Positions 11,474 through 21,409 of a DNA stretch of 64,000 nt are shown here, one piece after another; the stretch's first letter is position 1; each line of letters begins with the position of its first letter. The stretch comes from Candidatus Hodarchaeota archaeon (GTDB lineage Archaea > Asgardarchaeota > Heimdallarchaeia > Hodarchaeales > Hodarchaeaceae), in NCBI GenBank assembly GCA_029856365.1, contig JAHQWW010000001.1, forward strand, positions 90,568-154,567, written 5' to 3'. The notes beneath the pieces were generated by a model. It saw nothing but the letters and a program-made list of their open reading frames with translations. It did no database searches and was not told the DNA's origin. Both the position numbers and the translations under genes were made by a program.

Positions 11474-11513
11474 GAAAGACAATTAAAATGATTCTGAGAG
11501 TAAGGATCACTGA

Positions 11514-12881
11514 TTAGATTGAAATACTCTTCTTTCGCTTAGGTAGAAGTATCGGGATGTCAACCATTTCTCGATACATTTCAGGATGTTCAGTATGAAT
11601 CGGGATCACTAATTGGGGCTGAATTTCATCTACGATTCTTTTAAGGTCACTTCGGGGAGCGTGACCCGAGGCATGATATTGTTTAAAGTCCAAACGAAAA
11701 TGGTGAATCCATTCCATCATGCGATTGTAGTCAATTAGACCTTCTTCATCAAAAGGCTCCCCATGACTGTAAAAATAGGTTGATTCTTTCGGTTGAGGTT
11801 GAATATCAATGAGATCTGTCAGATTCCAAAAATCACAATGAAAAACATATTCAGTTTGATCAAAACCTGGTGATTCAACCATAGAGTAGTTTTCAAACAA
11901 ATTTTGTTCCCATCGATAGTATTTTCTCTTTGGCCGTTTATAGATTTTAATATATGGATCATCTAGGCGGGGAATCTCCAAATGAGGGTCTTCTTGTAAC
12001 AATTGAATCAAATAAGCTTGTTTTATATTTATTAGCAGTTTTCGGCTATTTTTTTTGGCAGAATAATAAAATGATCTAAATCGATCAATATCTCGTAGAC
12101 TATAATTAGCAATGGCTAATCCATCTGTTTTTGCAATGGATTCTGATAGTTCTTCTTGTACTCTTTTCTCATTCATGTCAAAATTTTCATTAATATTTGT
12201 GCCTTCAATTAGAAGTGCATCAAGGTTCTCTTTCTTTCCTATTTCAATGAAATCTCGTGTTAAATCTTTTCTCCATCCATGTAAACGTAGATCACCAGTA
12301 TATCCGATTTTATGTTCTTTGTTTCCTTCAACAATAAACGCGTAAGATCCTGGTAACGAATGGTCTACATGCATCGGAGTTACTTCAAATTCAGGTATCT
12401 GGATTACATCACCTGTTCGAAAAGTCCTAACATTTGATGGATAATCATCAGTGGCTTGTCGAATATAGGGTCGTCTAAAGCGAGTGCGTGTTGTATCTTG
12501 AATCGATTGAATTATTGTTGCAGCTGTCTCCCCCATATAAACAGGAATGTCTTTATGAAGTAAATTCAAGTTCCCAAAATGATCTAAATGTGCATGAGAC
12601 AGGAAACACGCATCAATTCCAGGTTTACTGATTTCGTTATCTATTGCAAATTCTTGGGCATAAAGACCTTGGATTCTAGGTAGGATATCAAACTCAAGAA
12701 AATCCTTAAGACCTTGGTGAGTGCGGGGAAGTAAAAATCCCTCAAAATAGGTTCCCTCCTGTTTAAATGATCTCCCAAAATCTAACAAAATTCTTGTATT
12801 TTTTGATTTTAAAAGAAAGCAGTTTCCACCCACCTCATTAACTCCGCCATATGGTACAATTTGCATGATTTTAACCATCAA
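11514..12881 (-). CDS. MBL-fold beta-CASP ribonuclease (RNase J-like)
   Basis: GGVNEVGGN, SHAHLDH, HVDHS, YTGDLR, HASGHA and PIHTE motifs. Confidence 0.85.
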   Translation of the reverse strand: MMVKIMQIVPYGGVNEVGGNCFLLKSKNTRILLDFGRSFKQEGTYFEGFLLPRTHQGLKDFLEFDILPRIQGLYAQEFAIDNEISKPGIDACFLSHAHLDHFGNLNLLHKDIPVYMGETAATIIQSIQDTTRTRFRRPYIRQATDDYPSNVRTFRTGDVIQIPEFEVTPMHVDHSLPGSYAFIVEGNKEHKIGYTGDLRLHGWRKDLTRDFIEIGKKENLDALLIEGTNINENFDMNEKRVQEELSESIAKTDGLAIANYSLRDIDRFRSFYYSAKKNSRKLLINIKQAYLIQLLQEDPHLEIPRLDDPYIKIYKRPKRKYYRWEQNLFENYSMVESPGFDQTEYVFHCDFWNLTDLIDIQPQPKESTYFYSHGEPFDEEGLIDYNRMMEWIHHFRLDFKQYHASGHAPRSDLKRIVDEIQPQLVIPIHTEHPEMYREMVDIPILLPKRKKSISI

Positions 12882-12894
12882 TAATTATGTCATT

Positions 12895-13695
12895 TCACCT
12901 TTTTTGGAAAATCAGGGCATAATGGTGATGAATATTTGGCACAAAGGAATATGGATACCCATAAGGCCGTAAAGTTTTTTGGTTCTGCAACCAAATGCGT
13001 TCCCCCAAGAATTTGTAATCCTCCCTTAAATTAAGGGCCAAATTAAAAGCTAATGGGTTAATTTCACCTTTATCACGAATATTTTGAACGAAAATCACTA
13101 AATGGCCACGTTCTTGTAAATAATCTTTAATCTGCTTAAAGAAAGAGACTAATTCTAAGAGAAAAAGTTCCTGTTCCTCAATCATCCCTAAATCTTTAGG
13201 ATGTTCTCCGTATTGGAGATCTAATCCTTTTTGTAAACGTTCTTGTTGATTATAATCTTTTTTTTTCTTTAATATTCGCCAATATGGGGGTGAAGTAATA
13301 CAAAGAGAAAATTTTTTCACATTTGTCATAAACGTTTGGATTACTTCACGTGCGTCTCCTTGATAAACAGGAAGGTTTGTACGAGATCGAGCTGTCTTTG
13401 CATACTTCCCATATAGTTCTATTCCGACTCCTTCTCGTCCACACTCATCACAAGCAACTAGAGTTGATCCTGTACCTACAAAAGGATCTAGTACACTATC
13501 ACCAGGTTTAGTAAAGAATTCGATGAATTCTCGAATCATTGGAGGAGGGAATGATGCTGGATGTAAGTCTATTTCATGCGAAATATCACTAGGTTTTCCA
13601 TCAGCAATGAACCATGATTTCGTAAAGCGAATCCATTGTCGTCCTGTGAGAGCATTGAGCTTGTTACGGGGGTCAATCTGTGGTTTTTCGTCCAT
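12895..13695 (-). CDS. Amino-methyltransferase (N4C/N6A DNA MTase family; SPPY suggests m4C)
   Basis: HPASFP, motif I DPFVGTGST before motif IV TSPPYW. Confidence 0.85.
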   Translation of the reverse strand: MDEKPQIDPRNKLNALTGRQWIRFTKSWFIADGKPSDISHEIDLHPASFPPPMIREFIEFFTKPGDSVLDPFVGTGSTLVACDECGREGVGIELYGKYAKTARSRTNLPVYQGDAREVIQTFMTNVKKFSLCITSPPYWRILKKKKDYNQQERLQKGLDLQYGEHPKDLGMIEEQELFLLELVSFFKQIKDYLQERGHLVIFVQNIRDKGEINPLAFNLALNLREDYKFLGERIWLQNQKTLRPYGYPYSFVPNIHHHYALIFQKR

Positions 13696-13790
13696 TTTTA
13701 ACCATCTTTACACATTTGGGGTCTTGCTTAAAAATATTTAAACCTTTCAGTGTTTTTTATCTCAATTATACTATCGGATGTTCTTGTGTC

Positions 13791-14438
13791 ATGAAACTCC
13801 AATGTCTTGTTTTTGATGTAGACGGAACTCTTGTTGACAACACAATTGCTATTATCCGCTTATTTCAGGATATTGTGAAAAAATATCTTGGTAAAGAAAT
13901 GTCAGATCAGGATGTCCTTTCACTTTGGGGTCCTCCAGGGGATGAAATTTTCAAAAGTATCTTTCCTTCTGATATATTCAATCCTGCTTGGGAAGAATTC
14001 CTTCAAAGTTATCGTGAAGCTCATTCTACGACAGGATTTTTTACTAAAGATCAATTATCAGATATAAAGAATAACATTCCATATCTCACAATTTTTACAG
14101 GGAAAAGTAGAAATACCATGGCGATTACCCTGGAAAAGCTTGGTATAATCGATATTTTTGATCTTATATTGACTGGAAATGATGTGACTCGGTCAAAACC
14201 ATATCCAGACGCGTTATATCAAATTATAAGCACTTTACATTTGAATAAAAGTGAAACCCTTTTCATTGGAGACAGTCACCTTGACGTTATTGCTGGGAAA
14301 TCCGCGGGGATTAAAACTGCTGCAGCTCTGTGGGGAGCTGTTGAAACTCAAAAATTATTAGAAAGTAAACCAGATTATACTTTTGAAACTCCTCAAGAGT
14401 TTATAGACTTTGTACTCTCACCTAAAAGGTCAGTTTAA
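13791..14438 (+). CDS. HAD-family hydrolase (Gph/PpaX-like)
   Basis: FDVDGTL, KPYPD and IGDSHLD motifs; start taken at ATG 13791. Confidence 0.9.
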   Translation: MKLQCLVFDVDGTLVDNTIAIIRLFQDIVKKYLGKEMSDQDVLSLWGPPGDEIFKSIFPSDIFNPAWEEFLQSYREAHSTTGFFTKDQLSDIKNNIPYLTIFTGKSRNTMAITLEKLGIIDIFDLILTGNDVTRSKPYPDALYQIISTLHLNKSETLFIGDSHLDVIAGKSAGIKTAAALWGAVETQKLLESKPDYTFETPQEFIDFVLSPKRSV

Positions 14439-16577
14439 ATGACTTCTAGATTAATTGAAGAAATTTTTCCCGTTCGTGAGATTAGTGAGCTGGCGATTCC
14501 AGAGCGAAGTAGTTACAAACCAATCTATCAAATTTCAAAATGGTTTGCCCGACGTGCCTCTTCCACATTTAGAGCAATATTGTTAGGATCCATTCTTCCA
14601 TCTTCAGGCGATCTTATGAATAATTTTTACATTGAACATAATTTTTGTGATTTTACAGTTATTGATCCTTTTATGGGAGGAGGTACAACAATTATCGAAG
14701 GCCTTCGATTGGGATTGAATTGCGTAGGCATTGATATTAACCCAGTTGCTTGGTTCATTACGAAAACAGAAGCTGAATTGGTTGATTTAGGAGAACTTAA
14801 GAATTGGATCATGGATTGCGAAGAAAAAATCAAAGCTCAAATCAAAAGATGGTACGTGACTGATTGCCCAGTATGTAAATCCCAAGCTGATATTATTTAT
14901 GCACATTGGGTCAAATTAGTACCCTGTGAGGTTTGTAAAAGCCAGATTTCATTATTCAGAAACTTTATAGTTGCAGTGAAAGGAGAGATAACCTCAATTT
15001 TATGTCCCTCATGTAACACTGTTTTTGAGAACTTAGGTTCTGTTCCAACTGTAATAAGCTGTCCAGAATGCCTGTTCCAGTTTGATCCCCTAAAAGGAAA
15101 TCGCATTGGGCGCAATAGTTGTAGATGTTTCAACTGTGGTTCTTTAACCAATATTCTTGACACACTCAAAAGGAATCAACAAATTCTCCCAAGTAAATTA
15201 TACGCTATAGAAGGATTCTGTCCAAATTGTGCTAGTAACGCTGATTTACAGTTCCCTCTTAAAAATACTAGATTTAAGTTTGTCAAGGGAGTATCTAAAG
15301 CAGATATTGATCTTTTTATAGAAGCAAAAGAGCAATGGCGACGTTTTTCATCAAAATCTTTGTGGCCAAAAGAATACATTCCTTTAGGAGTGGCTACTAA
15401 GACTTTGTATAATCATAATTACAAAAAGTGGGTAGAATTGTTCAATAGTCGACAATTATTAGCTCTCACAATGATTCTCGATTATATACATAAGATTCCG
15501 TATGTTATTTACCAAGAAATGTTTTTGGCTGCATTTATAAACCTCTTAAATCATAATAATGTCTTCACACGGTATTCTCCCAAAGGTCAGAAAGTTGAAG
15601 GCATTTTTGCTAGGCATGATTTTCACCCACTTTCCACATTTGCCGAGAACAATGTTTGGGGAACAAGATATGGAAGAGGAACTTGGGAAAAATGTCTAAA
15701 ACGCCTTCTGAAAGGAAAGGAGTATAACCATTCTCCTTACAATTATGTTCGATTTCTTTCTCCTAATGGAAAACCTAGCAAAAAAAAATCTTTTTCTGGA
15801 AAAATAGACGGAAAAATAACTACTGACTCCAGTAAAACTTTTCCATCAGCTGAACACAATTTACTATTACTTTGCAAAGATTCGGAGGATCTTAAAGAAC
15901 TTTCACTATCTGTTGATCTCATTATTTCGGATCCACCTTATGCAGATAATGTAAATTATTCTGAATTATCAGATTTTTTTTATGTGTGGCTTCGTTTGGT
16001 ACTTAAAAGTAGATATCAGTGGTTTTCAGCAAAAGAAACACCAAAGGATGCCGAAGCTATCATAAGCCAGAATAGATCATTAAATTATTATGATAAATTG
16101 ATAAGTATATTTAAGGCAGCAAAAGCCAGATTAAAGTCAAAAGGGTTGTTTATCTTCACTTTTCACCATTCAGATGAAGAAATATGGTACAAACTAGCTG
16201 ATGTTATAATTCAGACCGGATTTCAAGTAATCAGGACTTACCCAATCCCTAGTGAAGCTCGAAATGTGTTGAATATTCAGAAAAAGAAAGCCATTGCCTT
16301 TGATCTGATAATCGTTTGTGGTGTAAACATACAGAAAAGTCAATCGAAAATCACTTTAGAGAAATTTGTGAAAATAGTTAAAGAGCAATACAAAGAACAG
16401 CTAGAAACCTTCATGGAAGCAAATATTAAAGTCAGGGGTTTCGATAACTTAGCAATCTACTTTGGTATTCTTCTTGAGTTGGGGTCTCAATTCAATGTTA
16501 TAAGCTATTCAGGCCGTAACCTTACTCAAAAAGAAATTTGGGATTCTTGTTACAACATAGTGACTCCTTCAAGATAA
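14439..16577 (+). CDS. DUF1156/COG1743-like adenine-specific DNA methyltransferase with Zn ribbons
   Basis: KWFARR, DPFMGGGT, six CxxC pairs, SDPPYADNVNYSELSDFFYVW, FTFHH. Confidence 0.85.
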   Translation: MTSRLIEEIFPVREISELAIPERSSYKPIYQISKWFARRASSTFRAILLGSILPSSGDLMNNFYIEHNFCDFTVIDPFMGGGTTIIEGLRLGLNCVGIDINPVAWFITKTEAELVDLGELKNWIMDCEEKIKAQIKRWYVTDCPVCKSQADIIYAHWVKLVPCEVCKSQISLFRNFIVAVKGEITSILCPSCNTVFENLGSVPTVISCPECLFQFDPLKGNRIGRNSCRCFNCGSLTNILDTLKRNQQILPSKLYAIEGFCPNCASNADLQFPLKNTRFKFVKGVSKADIDLFIEAKEQWRRFSSKSLWPKEYIPLGVATKTLYNHNYKKWVELFNSRQLLALTMILDYIHKIPYVIYQEMFLAAFINLLNHNNVFTRYSPKGQKVEGIFARHDFHPLSTFAENNVWGTRYGRGTWEKCLKRLLKGKEYNHSPYNYVRFLSPNGKPSKKKSFSGKIDGKITTDSSKTFPSAEHNLLLLCKDSEDLKELSLSVDLIISDPPYADNVNYSELSDFFYVWLRLVLKSRYQWFSAKETPKDAEAIISQNRSLNYYDKLISIFKAAKARLKSKGLFIFTFHHSDEEIWYKLADVIIQTGFQVIRTYPIPSEARNVLNIQKKKAIAFDLIIVCGVNIQKSQSKITLEKFVKIVKEQYKEQLETFMEANIKVRGFDNLAIYFGILLELGSQFNVISYSGRNLTQKEIWDSCYNIVTPSR

Positions 16578-16596
16578 GAGGCAAGATGGATCTGAA

Positions 16597-17364
16597 ATGG
16601 TAAATGATTCAAAATATGAACTCATAATTGGAAACGTTCTTGAAACTTTACCATTGAAAGCTAAAGAAAGACTTTTTAATCTTATCATTGCTGATCCTCC
16701 TTTTGGAATTTCGTTCAACAAATCTAGTCACGAATATGGATCTGAGGAGTATGACCTTTATGAGGACAATTTTACTCCAGAATCTTACTTTGAATTTTCT
16801 AAAAAATGGATCCAAACCTGTTACGACTCTTTGACAACGAATGGGAGTTTATACATCATTTCTGGTTGGACCAACCTTCAATATATTCTGAATGCTATAA
16901 AACAATCTAAATTTCATGTTTTAAATCATGCAATATGGCACTTCTCGTGGGGGGTTTATACAAAAAGACGATATGTGACAAGTCATTATCACATTCTTTT
17001 ATTGGTAAAAAACAAGAAAAAATATCAGTTCTACAAACAGAAGCATTATGATGAAGACGTATTCTATTGGCCTGAATATAATCGGGGAAATGATCCCCAT
17101 CGCATAAAGGGACATCCATGTCAATTGCCCATTCTCTTATTAGAAAAATTAATTCTTACCTCAAGCTCACCTGGAGACCTTGTTGGAGATGTTTTTTCTG
17201 GAAGTGGAGGTACAATCTTAGCAGCGCGCTTGACTGGCCGTGATGTGGCGGGTTTCGAAATTAGAAAAGAATATAAAAGTATTATTCACCAGAAAGCCCG
17301 ATTTGGAGAGTCAGTCTCCCCTCAAGGGAAACAATCTACTCTGGAGAGGTTTTTAAAAGAATGA
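16597..17364 (+). CDS. Beta-class site-specific DNA methyltransferase with a C-terminal PIP-box-like motif
   Basis: Motif IV DPPF, then HPCQLP, then motif I DVFSGSG; C-terminus QSTLERFL. Confidence 0.88.
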   Translation: MVNDSKYELIIGNVLETLPLKAKERLFNLIIADPPFGISFNKSSHEYGSEEYDLYEDNFTPESYFEFSKKWIQTCYDSLTTNGSLYIISGWTNLQYILNAIKQSKFHVLNHAIWHFSWGVYTKRRYVTSHYHILLLVKNKKKYQFYKQKHYDEDVFYWPEYNRGNDPHRIKGHPCQLPILLLEKLILTSSSPGDLVGDVFSGSGGTILAARLTGRDVAGFEIRKEYKSIIHQKARFGESVSPQGKQSTLERFLKE

Positions 17365-17506
17365 TTCGAATTTATTGCAAATTTATAAAAAGAATTCAGA
17401 TATAAAGCCTGTAAATGATCAAGTAGGAGCATTGAGATCAAAATTAATAATTTTTCATTTTCTATATGTTCTTATAGTGGAACAGCTGAAAGGAATAATG
17501 ATAACA

Positions 17507-18457
17507 ATGGTTCAAGAAACAGATTTGGCAATCATTGGGGGAGGTCCAGCTGGCTTAACAGCTGCCATTTACACGGCTAGAATGGGTTTAAAGACCACTG
17601 TATTTGAAGCTGAGGCCATTGGAGGTGTCGCGAGAACAACAGAAAAGATAGAAAACTATCCTGGTTTTCTTTCGATTACTGGTCCAGAATTAGTAGATAA
17701 AATGAAAGTTCAAGCAGAACATTGCGGAGCAAACATTATTCTCGATACAGTGGGATCAATTGACCGTGCTGAAATGATTGTAAACACTTCAAGAGACCAA
17801 TGGAAAACGAAGGCAGTAATTATTGCTACAGGATCCAAACGTCGCAAACTTGGGCTTTCAAATGAAAAAGAATTAGAAGAATCTGGATTATCATACTGTG
17901 CTGTCTGTGATGGGCCATTACACCGAGGAAAAATCGTTGCTCTTGTTGGAGGTGGAAGTACTGCAGCACATGATGCCATTTATTTGGCGGGCGTTGCAAG
18001 AAAAGTTTTCTTGATTCACGAAGAGGATAAACTCGATGTTGATGAAGATCTTACAAATCAAGTGTTCTCATACAAAGAACTTGAACCAATGTTCAATAGC
18101 ACAATTGAAGAAGCTATATCTAAACACAATAGTCTAAGAAAGTTAGTAATTCGAAATCATAAAACAAATGAAATTTCAGAAATCCGAGTAAAAGCACTTT
18201 TCGTTGCGATCGGAGAAGATCCTTTCAAGCTAGCAACACTCACAGGTATTGAAACAGATGGTTCTGGTAGTATTAAAGTAAATGATGACCAAGCAACAAA
18301 TATTGAGGGCATCTATGCTGCGGGTGACGTTACAGGAGGGATTAAACAAATTGGAACTGCAGTGGGCGAGGGGGTTGTTGCTGCAATGAAAGCTGGGTTC
18401 TTTGTCAAAAGAAAAAAACGGTTGGAGAAAAAAATGGAGGAGAATAGTGTTAATTAA
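17507..18457 (+). CDS. trxB: Thioredoxin reductase-like FAD-dependent disulfide oxidoreductase
   Basis: IIGGGPAGL, ENYPG, CAVCDG, YAAGDV; start probably 17498 or 17507. Confidence 0.88.
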   Translation: MVQETDLAIIGGGPAGLTAAIYTARMGLKTTVFEAEAIGGVARTTEKIENYPGFLSITGPELVDKMKVQAEHCGANIILDTVGSIDRAEMIVNTSRDQWKTKAVIIATGSKRRKLGLSNEKELEESGLSYCAVCDGPLHRGKIVALVGGGSTAAHDAIYLAGVARKVFLIHEEDKLDVDEDLTNQVFSYKELEPMFNSTIEEAISKHNSLRKLVIRNHKTNEISEIRVKALFVAIGEDPFKLATLTGIETDGSGSIKVNDDQATNIEGIYAAGDVTGGIKQIGTAVGEGVVAAMKAGFFVKRKKRLEKKMEENSVN

Positions 18458-18588
18458 AAACACTTAAAATTCTTAATAATGGCATTAAAAAGAAATCTGA
18501 ACACCAGCTGGTTTCTATAAAAATCCGACCTATAAAATCCCAAGAAATGAAAAATGGGAAAATAACTGAATCTTTTGTTGAGGAATAA

Positions 18589-18930
18589 ATGATGAGAAGT
18601 GCATTTCCTAATATCATTACTTCACTTCCAAGGGTAGATATCTCCTTGGAAGGCGTAAAGGGGTGGATTGCTCAAGGAAAAGACTTTCAGATTGTGTTCT
18701 TTGAGATAGAACCAGTAGGGATCCTTCCTCCACACAGTCATTCTGCCCAATGGGGGATAGTTATAGAAGGAGAAATGTCGTTAACAATCGCAGGGGAAAC
18801 CAGAAAATACACTAAAGGAGACAGCTACTATATTCCCGAGGGTGTTGTACATCAAGCAGAGTTCCATACCCAATTTCGTGCTCTAGATTTTTTTGCAGAA
18901 CCAGAGAGATACAAGAAAAAAAACGAATAA
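18589..18930 (+). CDS. Cupin domain protein
   Basis: PPHSHSAQWG...GDSYYIPEGVVH. Confidence 0.85.
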   Translation: MMRSAFPNIITSLPRVDISLEGVKGWIAQGKDFQIVFFEIEPVGILPPHSHSAQWGIVIEGEMSLTIAGETRKYTKGDSYYIPEGVVHQAEFHTQFRALDFFAEPERYKKKNE

Positions 18931-18960
18931 CGTTTTCAAGGATATTAGTAAGAAATAGTG

Positions 18961-20661
18961 CTAAATATTAGATGAGGGGAGGATTTCACAGTCATAATAT
19001 TGAAGGATAAGTTCATTTAACACTTGAATAGAATCCTTTTTTGAAGTTTGGTCTTCTGTTATTTTCTTTGCTAGTTGGACAATTTGTTGAAATATAGGGT
19101 CTTTGAAATCAGGTTTTTTAAGGGGGAGTCGTCGAAGATTACGGATTGAGATTGCATTGGTGTATTTTGAACCCAAATTGAATTGACTTTGATAAAACCA
19201 ACGGTAGAGAGAAGAATTGAGAACAGAAAGAATGTAATATAATAAATCAGGATTGTTGGTGTATTCTGATACTAATTTCAGGCTATAGACGTTTTGGGTT
19301 GTCCAGTAATTGTCTGAATCATATGCAGCGCAAAGATAAGGTTTAATTTTTTGAACAACAATCTTGGGTGAGCGATAAATGGACGGATCTTTCTTGGATC
19401 GAAATTTAATTGTGGGGTCGATGAAATGTGTTGTTTTGATCGAAAATGCCTCAAAATCATCCCCAGTCAAGATAGGTTGAGTATGATGTGAAGTAGAGTC
19501 CTTCTGAATCAACATGTTGGTCTTTAAATCCTTTTCAGATAAAGATTTGTAACATTTTGCACAAATAATTTGAGGCTTTCTACTCGATAAAGGCACCCAT
19601 TCTGAGCAATTTGAGCAGAACATGATTCCACCACGTTTGGAAAGTTCCTCCCCCCTTTGAACCACAAGAAAATGAGCCAATGGACTGGAATTTTCATAAA
19701 TAAGCCGTATTAATTGTTGAATTTGTGAATCAAAATCTCTTGTAAAGATGTAATCAATATTGTTTAAATAAGAAGATTGAGGAATATGGTTCTTGTCATC
19801 AACAAGAATAATGTGGTTTGAAGGAATTACTTTTTTAAATAATCCAATTAAAGAAATAAATTCTTGGGTGACATCTTTGAAAAGACCATGAAAATTTATT
19901 AAAAGGATCTGAAAATTAGTTACGAGAAATTTCCTGAGATAAATATATTGATTAGATCGTGCGACATTTTTTGGTAGGAGATAAGCTAACATGCCTCTGT
20001 TTGGGGTCAATAAATTGGCAGCTTGATAAACAAATAATGAAAATGTATTGAGATTTCTCTTTGGACTTTTTGGTTTAAACTTATAATAATAGTGTTCCCT
20101 TTGATTTTGGGTTAATTTTCCTCCCCATGGGGGATTCCCAAGAATAATATCGAATCCTTTTGTAGCAGGAGGAAGATTGACCCAATTAGATATTGTACTC
20201 TTTAAGAAATCCCCAATAATAATGTTAGAACTTAAAGTCTTATTTACAGAGGCATGCATTGATTTTGGAACAACTGCGATAAGATTCTTGCGACAACTTG
20301 CAACTACATTGGAATCAATTTCCATTCCAAACAGATTAGATAATAAAATCTCTAAAATTATATCATCTTTATTTGATTTTTTTACTCCTAATTTTTGATT
20401 AATTTCTTCTTTAATTGAGATAATAGTCATTAAACACGCTCGTAAGAATACACCGTCGCCTGCTGCACCATCAAGGATTTTAACCTCTATTAAAATTTCT
20501 TTTAAGTATTGAATAATTGATAAATCGTTCGTATCCAATATTTCCTCAAGAGATGTGTACGTAGAAGACGTGAGGGAATTCAACTGTTTTGTCAAATATT
20601 GATTGATTGCTATTTCTGTCATTGATTTCGCTAGAAGGGGTGGGGTAAAAAAAGCTCCCAA
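18961..20661 (-). CDS. Gamma-class N6-adenine DNA methyltransferase (TaqI/Eco57I-like) with TRD and a CxxC-CxxC insertion, no nuclease domain
   Basis: GAFFTP, LDGAAGDGVFL, GNPPW, C-terminal LSVLNS...LRRLP. Confidence 0.85.
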   Translation of the reverse strand: MGAFFTPPLLAKSMTEIAINQYLTKQLNSLTSSTYTSLEEILDTNDLSIIQYLKEILIEVKILDGAAGDGVFLRACLMTIISIKEEINQKLGVKKSNKDDIILEILLSNLFGMEIDSNVVASCRKNLIAVVPKSMHASVNKTLSSNIIIGDFLKSTISNWVNLPPATKGFDIILGNPPWGGKLTQNQREHYYYKFKPKSPKRNLNTFSLFVYQAANLLTPNRGMLAYLLPKNVARSNQYIYLRKFLVTNFQILLINFHGLFKDVTQEFISLIGLFKKVIPSNHIILVDDKNHIPQSSYLNNIDYIFTRDFDSQIQQLIRLIYENSSPLAHFLVVQRGEELSKRGGIMFCSNCSEWVPLSSRKPQIICAKCYKSLSEKDLKTNMLIQKDSTSHHTQPILTGDDFEAFSIKTTHFIDPTIKFRSKKDPSIYRSPKIVVQKIKPYLCAAYDSDNYWTTQNVYSLKLVSEYTNNPDLLYYILSVLNSSLYRWFYQSQFNLGSKYTNAISIRNLRRLPLKKPDFKDPIFQQIVQLAKKITEDQTSKKDSIQVLNELILQYYDCEILPSSNI

Positions 20662-21241
20662 CTCCTTTTTTTGGTGATCTTGTGAAATTTTCTTGATAGT
20701 TCTCGCCTTCTTATTTATTTAATTCTTATCAAAAAACACCAGTTCAAGATGATTATAGAATTCAAAAGATGGATAATTTGGTAAGATTCCAACGGCTATT
20801 AAGATAAGAATCATTTTCTCGTCCCTAGGAAAAGGATCCAAGTTTTATTTTTCAGCTACTAATTTTTTCCAATGTAAAAACAGTTTTTTTCGGCATTTAG
20901 AAGGAATTTATAGTTCGAATAGTGTTTCTAAATATTATAAAAGGCTTTAAAAGCATTACTACCTTTAATAGACATTTTAAGGGACTTCTTCCAGTAATTG
21001 AATATTTTTTTGCTTAGGTGTTTTTTAACTAAAATTAAACGACTTTAATCTACAATGTCAAATTGAACCCCTTCCTAATACTTCAAGTCCGAACAATTTT
21101 ATTGTTCTAACAGTGAATTTCAAAAAAAAGAAAGGGAGGATTGTTAAGATAGGTTGTACACAAAGGGGATATACTCGACAAATTCTAGCTCTGTGCAGAT
21201 TCCTGACTCAAAAAATATATTATAACTCCGAATTTCTTGCA

Positions 21242-21409
21242 TTAATGCTTCAAACCCAAGAAACGGTCGATTTCATCATGGTAGCGCCGCTGTCTTTCCC
21301 TCTCTTTCTGTTGTTCGTTAGATGTTGTATCCATCCAGCTCTCCTTTAAGATCTGATAATACATCGCTATCCGCTTATTAAAGCTCTCTGGAAATTCTTG
21401 GTTACTCAT
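21242..21409 (-). CDS. Small hypothetical protein (55 aa), not in the ORF track
   Basis: MSNQEFPESFNKRIAMYYQILKESWMDTTSNEQQKERERQRRYHDEIDRFLGLKH; GAGGT SD-like motif upstream. Confidence 0.5.
   Translation of the reverse strand: MSNQEFPESFNKRIAMYYQILKESWMDTTSNEQQKERERQRRYHDEIDRFLGLKH

Noticed and set aside
14439-16577. Complete BREX-like or DUF499-DUF1156-helicase defence system
   Set aside because: None of the partner genes is present in the window
21113-21349. 78-aa plus-strand ORF
   Set aside because: No motif, and it overlaps a better minus-strand ORF with an SD (21242-21409)
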